Origin: a virus
Lineage: Duplodnaviria; Caudoviricetes
Strand: one strand, 5' to 3'
Length of the DNA: 56,069 nucleotides
Virus record (IMG/VR): IMGVR_UViG_3300022178_002962
Span: 1 to 56,069 of that record
The notes under the pieces are model-generated. The model did no database searches and was not told where the DNA came from. It was given only the letters and a program-made list of their open reading frames with translations. A program made the translations under genes and the position numbers. Below, in pieces: positions 36,783-47,139 of this stretch. Position 1 is the stretch's first letter. Each line of letters begins with the position of its first letter.

Positions 36783-39700
36783 ATGAGTTGTAAGATATAC
36801 AAGTTTAGAGGAAAAGAATACAATGAGACACAATTGGTGTCTCTATTGGCTAACGATATGGATCTGGTTAAGTCTCTTAGACCACAAGAACAAAGAGGTC
36901 AAGATGCAGACTATAAGGCTGAAGATATAGATGTATTTAAAGACAAGGTTGAGGCACTTCAGAAGACACTTGACGTTGAGGTAATATATGATGATACAAT
37001 ATCTAGCTCAAGAGTATTAGGTGCAAATGACCCTAGGACTATTGCCGCAGGTAAACCTGTTATTGTTATTAATCCTAACAAAATATTCAAGACCACAGCT
37101 ATTCATGAGTTTGGTCACATATTTATTGATTCCTTTCCAGGAGGTACAAACCACCCAAGATTAAAGAAAGCACTAGAAGAATTAAAAGGTACTCAATTGG
37201 AGGCAGATGTTCGAAGAGAATATGCTGACCTTAGTGAGGAGATGATTCTAAAAGAAATGCTTGTTACTGCAATTGGTAGGGAAGGAAGTGAAATATTTGA
37301 CGACCAGACAAAAGCAAGTACATTCGATAAGTTCAAAAAATTTGTTATGGATTTCTTGAATAAAATTTTTGGTATTCCTCAGTCTGAAATTACAGCACTA
37401 TCTAAGGAGTTACTTAATAATAAAGTAAAGGAGATAGACATGAATACTATGTCAGAGATAGCTCAACAACAACAAGTACTCTATGTAAAGAGTGACCCAA
37501 GACATCCTGACTTTGAAAAAAATCAAGCAGAAGAACAACTTACCCCGGAAGAAAAAGAGGCTCAAACCTTAGAGGATAAGATGGATAGAAGCTACCAGAA
37601 ACTTGTTGGTGTATTAAGAAAAGTTCTTGATAATCAGAAGCAAGCTGTTAACTCTAGCAAAGAGTCTTCTATGAAGGAAAGAGATAAGAGAGATAAGAAT
37701 CCGGGCAAAAGAGTTACTAGACTTCAGGCTATTGAAAACTTAAACAAGGAGGTTGATCTGAAATCAGATGAAGTCAACTTAGCCCACAAAAAGTATGCCA
37801 TGTTTAAATACCTAAACTGGTCAAGAAAAGAACTTGAGAAGATGTCTCGTAAATTAGACGAGTCTACAGTTGATCAAATGGAGGATTCAGAATACATAAG
37901 AAACGCATACAACTGGTATGAATCTTTCAGTGTATTAGAAGACTTAGCAGCTTTGACTGAGGCTATGCAGCTTGATGGAGCACTAACTCCAAAAGAACTA
38001 GAGCTTATTAGAAAGCTTACTAAGGGTATGACTGGTAGAAGAAATCAGGTTCAAAAGAAATTATTATCACAAGCAAGAGCACAGTATGCAAGATTAGTCG
38101 CTAAGCATGATACTGAAACTCAAGGACAATACGAAGAAGCATTTAGACAATCTTGGAAATCATTAAGTGCTGCAGGTAGAACTGATATGCAGGAGCATGA
38201 ATATGTAATGTCCAAAGTTAAGGAGCACAAAGATGAGATAGATGGTGAGAAGATGAGGAAAGCTGAGGCTCATGCAATATCTGCAACAAGTGTATTGAGT
38301 GAGATAGGATTTAACATATTGAGCGAGAAGGATATGTCGTCAATTGATGTTGGTGTTGTATCTCAGATAACTGATAAAGCTAATCACGATGCAAAACAAT
38401 ACGCTGTAAGAGCAGCAGATGAAGCTTATAATAGGCACAAAGATTATATTAATAGTGGTGCCGGAGGAGTTAACTCTCGTAATCTAAAGAAGAAGTATGC
38501 TGGCATGTATACTTTTAACAGTGAAGGACAAGGCTATTTTGCTGGTGAGTTTGATCCACAGTTCTTAGTTGACAGAAAAGAATACTCTCATCCTGCAGCT
38601 GATGTTGATATGGCAAAAGAGAAACATAAAGACACAAAGGTTTCTATTAAAAAGAATAAAAATGGTAGTACCACATTTACCTATGAATCTACAGTTGAGA
38701 ATGCTGATGGTTCAAAAGCAGGTCAAAAAGGTCTATTTATTAAGGGAGCCAAAACTGTAGTGGTTGATGGGATTGAATCTTTGAAAGAAGGCGATAGACC
38801 AGTTCATGTTAAATATACAAACAAAGAAGGTGATACACATACTATTACTTTAGAAGAGGCTATTGCGAGAAGTGAAATGTCTCACTGGTCAGCTGTAAAT
38901 ACAACACAATCAACACAACAAACAGCAACTGGGGAGGAATATAAGATTGAAACTCCTATAGATAAATACAAAAATAAAAAGTGGGCTGAATTAAAAGAGG
39001 ATGATCCTATAAGATGGGCAGAGCTTGAAAGACTTAAAGATGATTTAAGAAAAGCTGACAAAGATACAAAAGGTAAGGAGTCTCTATTTAGATATCATGA
39101 CCACAACAGAGGTATTGAATTTGTTCGTATGCCAGGTCTAATGAAGAATACTATGTCTAGAATTGCTGAAGGACAATCAGCAAAGGAATTAGGAAAGAAT
39201 GCTGTTAGTAGACTATTTGAAGTTCAGGCTGATGATTATGATACTAAGAATCAAGATTTTACGGATTATCGTGGAGGAGAATCTTTAGGAGTTCCTGTTA
39301 AGAACAGAGCTAGATTAAAAGAGTCTGATCAGTCAATTGATTTACACACTATGGTTCTTATGGAGCAAATAGCAGCTAGACAATATAAAGAAAGAAGAGC
39401 TGTTGAGTCTAGTATTATCATAATCTCTGAGGTAATGAAGGAGAAAGAATACCTAGTAATGGGTAAAGACGGTAAGCCTAGAACAGATGCTCAAACAAAA
39501 CTTGAAAGATATATTAAAGGTGGTGATGGCCAGAACGAATACAAGAAGGTAAGAAGTATACTTGAGAACAAAGTTTATGGTATTACATCTAAAGAGGCGT
39601 GGAGCTGGAATGCAAAGATTGGAGATAAAGAATACAATATTGACTCACAACAAGTAGTTAAGAACGGATTAAAATATTTTGGAGCCACAGCTCTTGTATT

Positions 39701-40970
39701 TAACTATGCCAACAGTATTGTAAACACAACTTCTGGTACTTTATCTAACTGGATGGAAGCTTTTGGTGGAGATGTATTTGGTATGAAAGACTACGCAATA
39801 GCGTCAAAGTTTTATATGAACGACTTAAAAGGCATAATGGAAGACTTTGGTAAGACAGTTGCAACATCTAAAACAAACTTGGCTATGCAGTTCTTTAATA
39901 GTATGGGTGACGAAGTTATGGATGGTTCTTTTGCACAGAAAACTAGAGTTGAAGTACTAGGAGATATGAGTACACTTCGTCCATTAGCGAAGTCTGGAGA
40001 GCACATGATGCAAGGTAAAGCTACGTTGGCAATACTGCAGTCTATTAAAGCTCTTAATGAGAAAGGTCAGTACATCAATGTTAACGGAAAGGTAGTGAAG
40101 AAAAAGGATGCAGCAAGCATGCTTGATATGATGAGTTTTAAAAATCACCAGGGAAAAGTTGAGTTAGTATTGAACGAGCATATGCAGAATTCAACCTTCA
40201 CTCAAGGAGGTGGTCAATCTCAAATTATATTTGAAGCAAGAAACCTAATAAGAAGTAAGATTGATGAGCTACATGGACAGTACACAACTGACATACAAGC
40301 ACACGCTCAGAGATTTATTCTTGGTAAAATGGCATTCTTCTTAAGAAAGTGGATGATTAAATTAACTCTTCGTAGATGGAGAGGTATTGGAAATTCTCTT
40401 ACTGCAGGAAACACAGAAGCAGAGATGTTCTATGATAGAGATCAGAAAAGAAACACTGAAGGATACTATGTTAGTGCAGCTAGATTTCTATCTCAGATTG
40501 CTAAAGATGTTAGACAGGATGGATTTAAAGCAATTATTGGTAAAAACAAAGATGGAAGTAGCTGGAGCAGAATGAGTTCTAGTCAGCAAGCTGGTATTAG
40601 AAAGACTGGTTTTGATGTAGCAGTGATATCTATGGTTATGTTGTCTCTTCAAGCTCTTGGAGATGATGATGATGATGACAAGGTATTGGCGAAGTATTTA
40701 TTAAGAAGACAGCAGTCTGAATTAACATTCTTTACCAATCCAATGGAAGTACTCAAGTTAGCGGCCACACCAACCGCAGCAATGGGTAACCTTAAGAATA
40801 CAACAAGACTTATGTATCAAATGATAACTGACCCTAACGGAAGATACAAATCTGGTTGGAAAAAAGATGAGCTGAAGAGAACATTTATGCTTAGAAAATT
40901 GTTTCCTCATATTAAGACTATAGAAGAGCTTAAAGATGCTGCAAAATTCCTTAATAGTTTTGGAATGTAA
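36783..40970 (+). CDS. Giant virion protein 3 with N-terminal zincin-like metallopeptidase domain
   Basis: VIVINP..TAIHEFGHIF (HExxH) with a downstream E in KEMLVTAIG; helical C-terminus with IDELHGQY and FFLRKW, plus a hydrophobic helix before poly-Asp. Confidence 0.75.
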   Translation: MSCKIYKFRGKEYNETQLVSLLANDMDLVKSLRPQEQRGQDADYKAEDIDVFKDKVEALQKTLDVEVIYDDTISSSRVLGANDPRTIAAGKPVIVINPNKIFKTTAIHEFGHIFIDSFPGGTNHPRLKKALEELKGTQLEADVRREYADLSEEMILKEMLVTAIGREGSEIFDDQTKASTFDKFKKFVMDFLNKIFGIPQSEITALSKELLNNKVKEIDMNTMSEIAQQQQVLYVKSDPRHPDFEKNQAEEQLTPEEKEAQTLEDKMDRSYQKLVGVLRKVLDNQKQAVNSSKESSMKERDKRDKNPGKRVTRLQAIENLNKEVDLKSDEVNLAHKKYAMFKYLNWSRKELEKMSRKLDESTVDQMEDSEYIRNAYNWYESFSVLEDLAALTEAMQLDGALTPKELELIRKLTKGMTGRRNQVQKKLLSQARAQYARLVAKHDTETQGQYEEAFRQSWKSLSAAGRTDMQEHEYVMSKVKEHKDEIDGEKMRKAEAHAISATSVLSEIGFNILSEKDMSSIDVGVVSQITDKANHDAKQYAVRAADEAYNRHKDYINSGAGGVNSRNLKKKYAGMYTFNSEGQGYFAGEFDPQFLVDRKEYSHPAADVDMAKEKHKDTKVSIKKNKNGSTTFTYESTVENADGSKAGQKGLFIKGAKTVVVDGIESLKEGDRPVHVKYTNKEGDTHTITLEEAIARSEMSHWSAVNTTQSTQQTATGEEYKIETPIDKYKNKKWAELKEDDPIRWAELERLKDDLRKADKDTKGKESLFRYHDHNRGIEFVRMPGLMKNTMSRIAEGQSAKELGKNAVSRLFEVQADDYDTKNQDFTDYRGGESLGVPVKNRARLKESDQSIDLHTMVLMEQIAARQYKERRAVESSIIIISEVMKEKEYLVMGKDGKPRTDAQTKLERYIKGGDGQNEYKKVRSILENKVYGITSKEAWSWNAKIGDKEYNIDSQQVVKNGLKYFGATALVFNYANSIVNTTSGTLSNWMEAFGGDVFGMKDYAIASKFYMNDLKGIMEDFGKTVATSKTNLAMQFFNSMGDEVMDGSFAQKTRVEVLGDMSTLRPLAKSGEHMMQGKATLAILQSIKALNEKGQYINVNGKVVKKKDAASMLDMMSFKNHQGKVELVLNEHMQNSTFTQGGGQSQIIFEARNLIRSKIDELHGQYTTDIQAHAQRFILGKMAFFLRKWMIKLTLRRWRGIGNSLTAGNTEAEMFYDRDQKRNTEGYYVSAARFLSQIAKDVRQDGFKAIIGKNKDGSSWSRMSSSQQAGIRKTGFDVAVISMVMLSLQALGDDDDDDKVLAKYLLRRQQSELTFFTNPMEVLKLAATPTAAMGNLKNTTRLMYQMITDPNGRYKSGWKKDELKRTFMLRKLFPHIKTIEELKDAAKFLNSFGM

Positions 40971-41006
40971 TTAACGGAGGTAAAAAAAAGACCACGTAAT
41001 AAAGAT

Positions 41007-41035
41007 AACCCTGACCATAACAGTCAGGGTTTTCT
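41007..41035 (+). terminator. Terminator at the convergence of the late (+) and replication (-) blocks
   Basis: AACCCTGAC/GTCAGGGTT 9-bp stem, 7-nt loop, T-rich downstream and A-rich upstream (possibly bidirectional). Confidence 0.7.
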
Positions 41036-41103
41036 CATTTCAACATTAACATTAATTCAAATCACCAAATTAATTTTTTTATAGGTTTTTTATTTTCCAG
41101 TAA

Positions 41104-41406
41104 TTACTTGTTAATCTTGTCCTTCATCTTTATATATAATCTTTCATACTCTGCATCTATTGCAGCTATATAGGCGTTAACTTCCTTTGCTTTTGTTTGG
41201 TCATATTCAATGTCATTAAGTGGCTTGAATTTAGAATCTTTCTGAACAAAAAGTTTGACCATGTTGGAGCTGTGAGCTTGGGCTGATGGGTATATTACCA
41301 GCCCTTGCTCATTACAAAAAGTCATAGCTACAATATTTCTATTGTATACCCTTCTTTCTATCTCCATTTCTTTCTCTTTTTGTTTTATCCTGTCAGCTCT
41401 TGTCAT
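41104..41406 (-). CDS. Hypothetical protein
   Basis: 100-aa ORF; stop-start overlap with the upstream gene at 41406. Confidence 0.6.
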   Translation of the reverse strand: MTRADRIKQKEKEMEIERRVYNRNIVAMTFCNEQGLVIYPSAQAHSSNMVKLFVQKDSKFKPLNDIEYDQTKAKEVNAYIAAIDAEYERLYIKMKDKINK

Positions 41407-41921
41407 TACAATGCTCTTACTGCTCTGATAACATCTTGAAGCTTTGTTCCAATATCTTCAAGAGTAAGAATTCCAAGTTCCTCTAATCTCTCAATACTAT
41501 TTTCTGTTCTTCTAGCTCCAATTCTATTAACAACATCTACCATATTTTTCGTAGGCATGATATCTATATCCTTCTTGTTTACAAGGAATGTTCTTTTTCT
41601 CTGAATATATTTTTCAATTGCTGTTCCGTCATAATTTTCTCCAAGGAATGCAACCGGAATTACTTCTACAAGATCTGAGCCAAAAATTGAATCTCTTTTG
41701 TAGTACAGGATACCTGCGTCTACAGGAGACAATTGATTGGTGCAATAATTGCTGTATTCAGAATTAGTTAACCTATGGCCACTTACATAGCGTCCATGAC
41801 TACCTGAGTTAAAACTGCTTCTGTTATACTGAGCTCCTTGTGTTATTTCTTTTATTTTGTTCTCTCCAATCATTACGAAATCTCCTGGAGAGGGCTTTTT
41901 TACTTCTTTTCTTTTAAACAT
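41406..41921 (-). CDS. Hypothetical protein
   Basis: 171-aa ORF with an A-rich leader (TTAAAAATCACACAA-ATG). Confidence 0.65.
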   Translation of the reverse strand: MFKRKEVKKPSPGDFVMIGENKIKEITQGAQYNRSSFNSGSHGRYVSGHRLTNSEYSNYCTNQLSPVDAGILYYKRDSIFGSDLVEVIPVAFLGENYDGTAIEKYIQRKRTFLVNKKDIDIMPTKNMVDVVNRIGARRTENSIERLEELGILTLEDIGTKLQDVIRAVRAL

Positions 41922-41952
41922 TTGTGTGATTTTTAATTATTAATATTAATTG

Positions 41953-41980
41953 AAATTAAAGGGAGGCTATTACACCTCCC
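41953..41980 (-). terminator. Probable terminator
   Basis: Minus strand reads GGGAGG-tgtaatag-CCTCCC-TTTAATTT. Confidence 0.55.
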
Positions 41981-41987
41981 GTTAATA

Positions 41988-42200
41988 TTACTTCTTGCAA
42001 GAACATTTATTGTTACATTTATTGTTCTTGTTGTTAATTGACATTAGGTATAAGGTAAAGATTCCCAGGATTCCAAAAAAGAAACCTATTAGAAATCCAA
42101 ATCTTAATCCACCTGATCTTGCAATATCTCTTCCCCATACACCGAAGGCAATTGGGATTAACATTGCAAATATAAATAGTACTATTGGTATTAGAATCAT
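41988..42200 (-). CDS. Small two-TM membrane protein
   Basis: 70 aa with two hydrophobic helices (the second GFLIGFFFGILGIFTLYL); A-rich leader. Confidence 0.6.
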   Translation of the reverse strand: MILIPIVLFIFAMLIPIAFGVWGRDIARSGGLRFGFLIGFFFGILGIFTLYLMSINNKNNKCNNKCSCKK

Positions 42201-42232
42201 AATTTTAAATTTTTAAATTGTTATTAATTGTT

Positions 42233-44620
42233 TTATGAGCCGCACATTACACAGTCCTCATCATCTTCCTCTTGAGCTTTTCTACCTTGCTCAATCATTG
42301 CTCTAAAGTCATTAGGGTCTACTGATTTTACTTCAGGCTCAACCTTAACTTCTTCTTCTTTCTGTACTGTAAACTTAACGGCGTCAACTGCAGCTTTAGT
42401 TCTCAGGTAGTAAATACCTGTCTTAAGACCCATCTTCCATCCATAAAAATGCATAGATGTAAGCTTTTGTATGCTAGCATTAGGCATAAATAAATTCATT
42501 GACTGTGCTTGACATACAAATCTCTGTCTGTCAGCTGCCATATTAATGATAGATTTCATAGACATTTCATAAGCAGTCTTATATCTCTGCTTAATCTCTG
42601 AAGGTATTGGTAAGTTAACCACAGACCCATTGTCACGCATCAAAGCATTCCTGGTATCTTCTGTCCACATTCCAATCTCTTCTAGATCTTTAACCAAGTG
42701 CTTGTTACTTATAATGTAAGTACCACTAAGTGTACCTCGAGTATATAAGTTACTAGTAAATGGTTCAAAACATTCATTGTTACCTAGTATTTGAGAAGTA
42801 GATGCTGTTGGCATAAGAGCAATCATAAGACTGTTTCTTACTCCTCCATAAACAACTTTCTTCCTTAAATCATCCCAGTCTAGCTCACCACATAACTCAA
42901 CTTCCTCTCCGTCATATAAATCAAACTGAAATTCTCCTCTACTTAATGGAGAACCTTCGAATGTACTATAGGCTCCACGGGTGAGTGCCAGTCTATTAGA
43001 CTCTTCCATGGCATAGTAATACATGTGTTCGAATATTTGCTTATTTAGAGCTCTTGCTTCTTCACTGTCAAAAGGCATCTTCATCATAGCAAAAACATCA
43101 GCTAATCCTTGAACACCTAATCCAATTGGACGATGCTTCATATTAGAATTTTCAGTTTCTTTGGTTGGGTAGTAATTAGCATCTATGACATTGTCAAGGT
43201 TTCTGACTATCTGCTGTACCACATTTCTAAACAATCTAAAATCAAATACCATTTTACCTTTCCTTTCAAATACAAACTTGCTTAAAGCAACAGATGCTAA
43301 ATTACATACTGCCTGCTCATACTCGTCTGAATACTCATTGATTTCTATACATAAATTACTAGACTGTATAACACCAAGATTCTGTTGATTAGAAGACTTG
43401 TTTACTCTGTCTTTGTATCCTATGTATGGAGTACCTGTTTCAATCTGAGATTCTAAAATCTTTTCCCATAATCCTCTTGCAGATACAACCTCTTCATATA
43501 GCTCTTTCTCTACAGCTTCATTATATGCAGCTTTAAACTGATCTCCAACGCACTTTTGTAATACAATGTTATTCTTCTTAAGAACATTAGGACAGAATAA
43601 ATGCCAATCTTGATTAGCCTCTACTCTTTCCATAAACTCATCATTCATCCAGATAGCATAGAACAAATCTCTAGCTCTCATCTCATCTTTACCTGTATTC
43701 TTTCTTAAGTCTAACATAGTATATATGTCAGCATGCCATGGCTCATAATAGATAGCAAAGCTACCCTTACGCTTACCACCCTGGTTAATCCATCTTGCAA
43801 CTTCATTGTACGTCTTCATCATAGGTAATAACCCATCAGATGTACCATTGGTTCCTGCAATGTGACTACCTTTAGCTCTAACATTGTGTACGTGTAATCC
43901 TATCCCACCGGCCAACTTAGATATCTTAGCAACATCTTTCATTGTATCAAACAATCCATCTATGCTATCGCCCTTGTTTGCCAACAGAAAACAGCTGCTC
44001 AATTGAGACAATCTTGTTCCTGAGTTAAATAAGGTTGGTGTAGCATGAGTATAAAATCCTTGACTCATCAAATTATATGCACCTATTATTTCCTGCATAT
44101 TGTAAGCACTAGTTTCAATTGCACATCTCATCCACATGTATTGTGGACGCTCTATAACATTACCATCTTTTGGTTTATCTCTTAATAGATAAGACTTTTC
44201 TAGAGTTCTTAACCCAAATATATCGTGGTCAAAATCTCTAGCACGAATTATCATATTGTCAAGCTCTTCTTTATTTTGCTCCACAAAAGCCATAAACTCA
44301 TCTGCTAAAACATTTGTTGTTTCTTGTACCTTATTCATAGCCTCAGAGAAGCTATCTGGTGTACTTTTCCACAATTGTGTCACAAATATACGTGCAGCAA
44401 ATTTGCTGTAATCTGGGTGATAAGAAACCATACTAGCAGCTATCTCAATACATAGTGTATCAAGTTCTACCGTGGTAATCCCATCAGCCATTTGTGAAAT
44501 TACTTTCACTGCCATTGCATCGGCATCTACTTTTAGTCCATCAGATAAATTCCTCAATCTAGACGTTATTTTGCTAGGATTAAAATTTACAGAACGACCA
44601 TTTCTTTTCGTTACTTTCAT
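42233..44620 (-). CDS. nrdA: Ribonucleoside-diphosphate reductase class Ia, alpha subunit with ATP cone
   Basis: N-terminal ATP cone (MKVTKRNGR), ATPTLFNSG, LSSCFL, SSNLCIEI, VCNLAS, MPTASTSQILG, tyrosine pair KTGIYYLRT and C-terminal CVMCGS. Confidence 0.95.
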   Translation of the reverse strand: MKVTKRNGRSVNFNPSKITSRLRNLSDGLKVDADAMAVKVISQMADGITTVELDTLCIEIAASMVSYHPDYSKFAARIFVTQLWKSTPDSFSEAMNKVQETTNVLADEFMAFVEQNKEELDNMIIRARDFDHDIFGLRTLEKSYLLRDKPKDGNVIERPQYMWMRCAIETSAYNMQEIIGAYNLMSQGFYTHATPTLFNSGTRLSQLSSCFLLANKGDSIDGLFDTMKDVAKISKLAGGIGLHVHNVRAKGSHIAGTNGTSDGLLPMMKTYNEVARWINQGGKRKGSFAIYYEPWHADIYTMLDLRKNTGKDEMRARDLFYAIWMNDEFMERVEANQDWHLFCPNVLKKNNIVLQKCVGDQFKAAYNEAVEKELYEEVVSARGLWEKILESQIETGTPYIGYKDRVNKSSNQQNLGVIQSSNLCIEINEYSDEYEQAVCNLASVALSKFVFERKGKMVFDFRLFRNVVQQIVRNLDNVIDANYYPTKETENSNMKHRPIGLGVQGLADVFAMMKMPFDSEEARALNKQIFEHMYYYAMEESNRLALTRGAYSTFEGSPLSRGEFQFDLYDGEEVELCGELDWDDLRKKVVYGGVRNSLMIALMPTASTSQILGNNECFEPFTSNLYTRGTLSGTYIISNKHLVKDLEEIGMWTEDTRNALMRDNGSVVNLPIPSEIKQRYKTAYEMSMKSIINMAADRQRFVCQAQSMNLFMPNASIQKLTSMHFYGWKMGLKTGIYYLRTKAAVDAVKFTVQKEEEVKVEPEVKSVDPNDFRAMIEQGRKAQEEDDEDCVMCGS

Positions 44621-45132
44621 AAAAATGTATCTGGTTTTATAATTAATTTACTTATTTGTTTGCTAGAAGTCTCAGACTCCATATCAGGTGCGGCAGAGGT
44701 TAATTCTCCATTCGAACTTAATATGTTTTTGATTCTATCAGCATTTTTAAATCCTCTTTCAGATACATAGTCACCTATGATTTGTTTCTGAACATCAGAG
44801 TATCCTTTTAAATTTCCGTCAATCATTAGCTGTCTAGCCTTCTTCATGTCGTGCGTAATATTAAACTTATACAACACTCTATCTCCATAGTCAGCATGTC
44901 CTGCATACATAGGATGCTCCATCAACTCTCCTTCAAACTTTAAGAAGTCGTGAGAACTTGTCCAATGATACAGAACACAAAACAAATCATCTCCTTCCTG
45001 GAAAGATAAGTATGTATTCTGCATAAGGTTTAAGAATCCAATATTGACATGTTTCATTAAAAGAGGTAACATATATGTCTTACTCTTATTAGGCTTTATG
45101 TCTACTTTAAATATTGGCTTCATTATCTTCAT
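44617..45132 (-). CDS. Hypothetical protein
   Basis: 171-aa ORF overlapping both neighbours in the operon. Confidence 0.65.
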   Translation of the reverse strand: MKIMKPIFKVDIKPNKSKTYMLPLLMKHVNIGFLNLMQNTYLSFQEGDDLFCVLYHWTSSHDFLKFEGELMEHPMYAGHADYGDRVLYKFNITHDMKKARQLMIDGNLKGYSDVQKQIIGDYVSERGFKNADRIKNILSSNGELTSAAPDMESETSSKQISKLIIKPDTFL

Positions 45133-46222
45133 TGTTTAAATTATTATTTCCCGTTATACTCTCGGCGTCCATTAAGACTAATCCCTCAGTATCAATTTGA
45201 TCTTGAGTGTAGTCTGCATCATCATTCTCCTTACTATAATAGTATAAGTCTATCAACTCATAAACTCCTTGATATTCAACTCCATGTCTATCTGTGAATC
45301 CATTAAGAGCAAGTTGATGCATATCTTCTGATACTAAAAACCTCATAGGTCTATTAGGATTCAATTTAGATATGTATACAAACTCAAATTCCTTAACAGT
45401 GTATCCGTGAAGTTCAAAGTCGTTGTCAACTATAGTCTTAAGTGCCTCTCTATATAGTGCACCTTGAATATAATATCTGTGCATAGTATAAAGAATAGGA
45501 AAGTCCTTACAGGGAGATTCTCCTGTCTTTAAATCAACAGGTATAATCACTTTGTGTTTATGATTAACTACCAAGCAGTCAAGCATTCCCTTAACTCTTC
45601 TCCCATTCACTTTTGTATCGAATTTGTATTGGTAAAAGATTTGTACATCTTTCACTCCAGTCGCAAAAAACTTAGCAGTAAACGGGTGGGTACGAAGGGT
45701 ATTTGCAGTTTGAGCAGCATGGTCCCACATGGCATCCTTAATTAAATTTTTGCCTTGGCTTTGTAATTTATCAGCAAAGTATGCACTTCCACCACTTACG
45801 ACAGTCTTTACAATTCTTTCGTCATTATAAGATGTATACACCTTTAATGCTCTTGCTGCTGCAAGTATTTGTGCAGTATAGTTTGTCAAAACTACATTAT
45901 TTTTTGCATATTTCCTAACAAAATCTCCACTTTTTTTATGCTCATTTGGTTTTGTGATTACATCCAATATTGCATCAAGTATTATTCTTATATTTTGTGT
46001 TGGTGGTTTTACAGAACTTCCTCTGTAAAATAACTCATCTACCCTATCAGGTTCAAAGCACATTACGTCTACTAGACTACCAAACTTAAGATTGAAAGAC
46101 TGTTTAACTCCTCCAACGACATCTAGGCCTTGCTTACTTATGCTCGAAAGCATAGAATAAGAAGGAATCTCTAGATCTCTATATTCCCCCTCCGACATGG
46201 AGAGATTGTGATCTTCAATCAT
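45107..46222 (-). CDS. PD-(D/E)XK exonuclease (RecE/ExoVIII-like)
   Basis: SYSMLS, FGSLVD, KGMLDCL..PVDLKT, YYIQGALY. Start ATG 46222 (A-rich leader) is preferred over 46330. Confidence 0.8.
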   Translation of the reverse strand: MIEDHNLSMSEGEYRDLEIPSYSMLSSISKQGLDVVGGVKQSFNLKFGSLVDVMCFEPDRVDELFYRGSSVKPPTQNIRIILDAILDVITKPNEHKKSGDFVRKYAKNNVVLTNYTAQILAAARALKVYTSYNDERIVKTVVSGGSAYFADKLQSQGKNLIKDAMWDHAAQTANTLRTHPFTAKFFATGVKDVQIFYQYKFDTKVNGRRVKGMLDCLVVNHKHKVIIPVDLKTGESPCKDFPILYTMHRYYIQGALYREALKTIVDNDFELHGYTVKEFEFVYISKLNPNRPMRFLVSEDMHQLALNGFTDRHGVEYQGVYELIDLYYYSKENDDADYTQDQIDTEGLVLMDAESITGNNNLNNEDNEANI

Positions 46223-46247
46223 ATTTGTTATTTTTAAATTGTTAATA

Positions 46248-46463
46248 CTACATAAACATGTCAACCTGTGCAGGATCTTGACCAGGATAAACCCCATCAG
46301 AATCACACTCGTTGCCATTTTCATCTTCATATCCTGTAATCATAAAATCACAGGAGCAAACCTCATCTTGTGTTGCAAATAGCTCATCTCTTGACATAAC
46401 CATGTCAGAGAATGATAACCTTGCAAAGACTTTGTTTGCTGTCTTTAATTTACTTGTTCCCAT
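46248..46463 (-). CDS. Small acidic hypothetical protein
   Basis: 71-aa ORF that fills the gap in the operon. Confidence 0.5.
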   Translation of the reverse strand: MGTSKLKTANKVFARLSFSDMVMSRDELFATQDEVCSCDFMITGYEDENGNECDSDGVYPGQDPAQVDMFM

Positions 46464-46464
46464 A

Positions 46465-46617
46465 TTATAAGTTTTCTATTTTATTTTGAACATCATCTAT
46501 ACCTGATAAGATTTCTTGTATCTTATCTAACTCCTTCTCACTATTGCCAACTAGTGACATAACAACTTGGTAAGCATTATCTAATATTCTTATTGCGTCT
46601 TTTATTGTTTCATCCAT
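46465..46617 (-). CDS. Small helical hypothetical protein (50 aa, not in ORF track)
   Basis: MDETIKDAIRILDNAYQVVMSLVGNSEKELDKIQEILSGIDDVQNKIENL*; tiles the gap exactly, 1 nt from each neighbour. Confidence 0.65.
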   Translation of the reverse strand: MDETIKDAIRILDNAYQVVMSLVGNSEKELDKIQEILSGIDDVQNKIENL

Positions 46618-46618
46618 T

Positions 46619-47086
46619 TTAAAATAACTTTATGTATACTCCTGGATTTTCTTTGTCCACACTATATAGTGGAAAAGCCCGTGGGTTGTTTTGATCAATC
46701 AATTGACCATCAATGCTCATGGGTACAGGGAATACGTGTTTAACATTGTCATCTTCTATAAAGTCATGTGCAGTCATTAAATCTTGTACGATTTCTACAC
46801 TATTACTAAAGTCAAATAACCTCTTACTATTTCTCACTTGGTGATATCCAATAATTATTGGATCACTTGTGTGAGCTTTCATTTTCATAAACTCTTCTCG
46901 TAAAGCATCAAATTGATTGGGTCTAGTAGGGTCTACATATCCTTTAACTTCTTTTTTACGAGAGTTAAACTTTTGTATTCCAATTGACCTAAGAAATTTA
47001 TTAACGGTAGGGGAACTAAATATCCCTCTAGCTGTTTTTACTTTTGAGTTTTTTAATGAGGGAATGTTCCCTGGTACAAAAATCAT
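46619..47086 (-). CDS. RusA-like Holliday junction resolvase
   Basis: PGNIPSLKNSK at the N-terminus; RLFDFSN..VQDLM..IEDDN acidic catalytic pattern. Confidence 0.7.
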   Translation of the reverse strand: MIFVPGNIPSLKNSKVKTARGIFSSPTVNKFLRSIGIQKFNSRKKEVKGYVDPTRPNQFDALREEFMKMKAHTSDPIIIGYHQVRNSKRLFDFSNSVEIVQDLMTAHDFIEDDNVKHVFPVPMSIDGQLIDQNNPRAFPLYSVDKENPGVYIKLF

Positions 47087-47139
47087 GCTACATTTTTTTA
47101 TAGTATTACCCCTACCGAAATAGGGGCATTACCTGGTTA

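Noticed and set aside
40662-40679. (GAT)n microsatellite
   Set aside because: Simply encodes an in-frame poly-Asp tract; no evidence for phase variation.
42233-44620. Intein or intron in nrdA (also considered for the RNAP and helicase)
   Set aside because: Lengths are ordinary, motifs are contiguous, and no intein splice-junction or homing endonuclease motifs were noticed.
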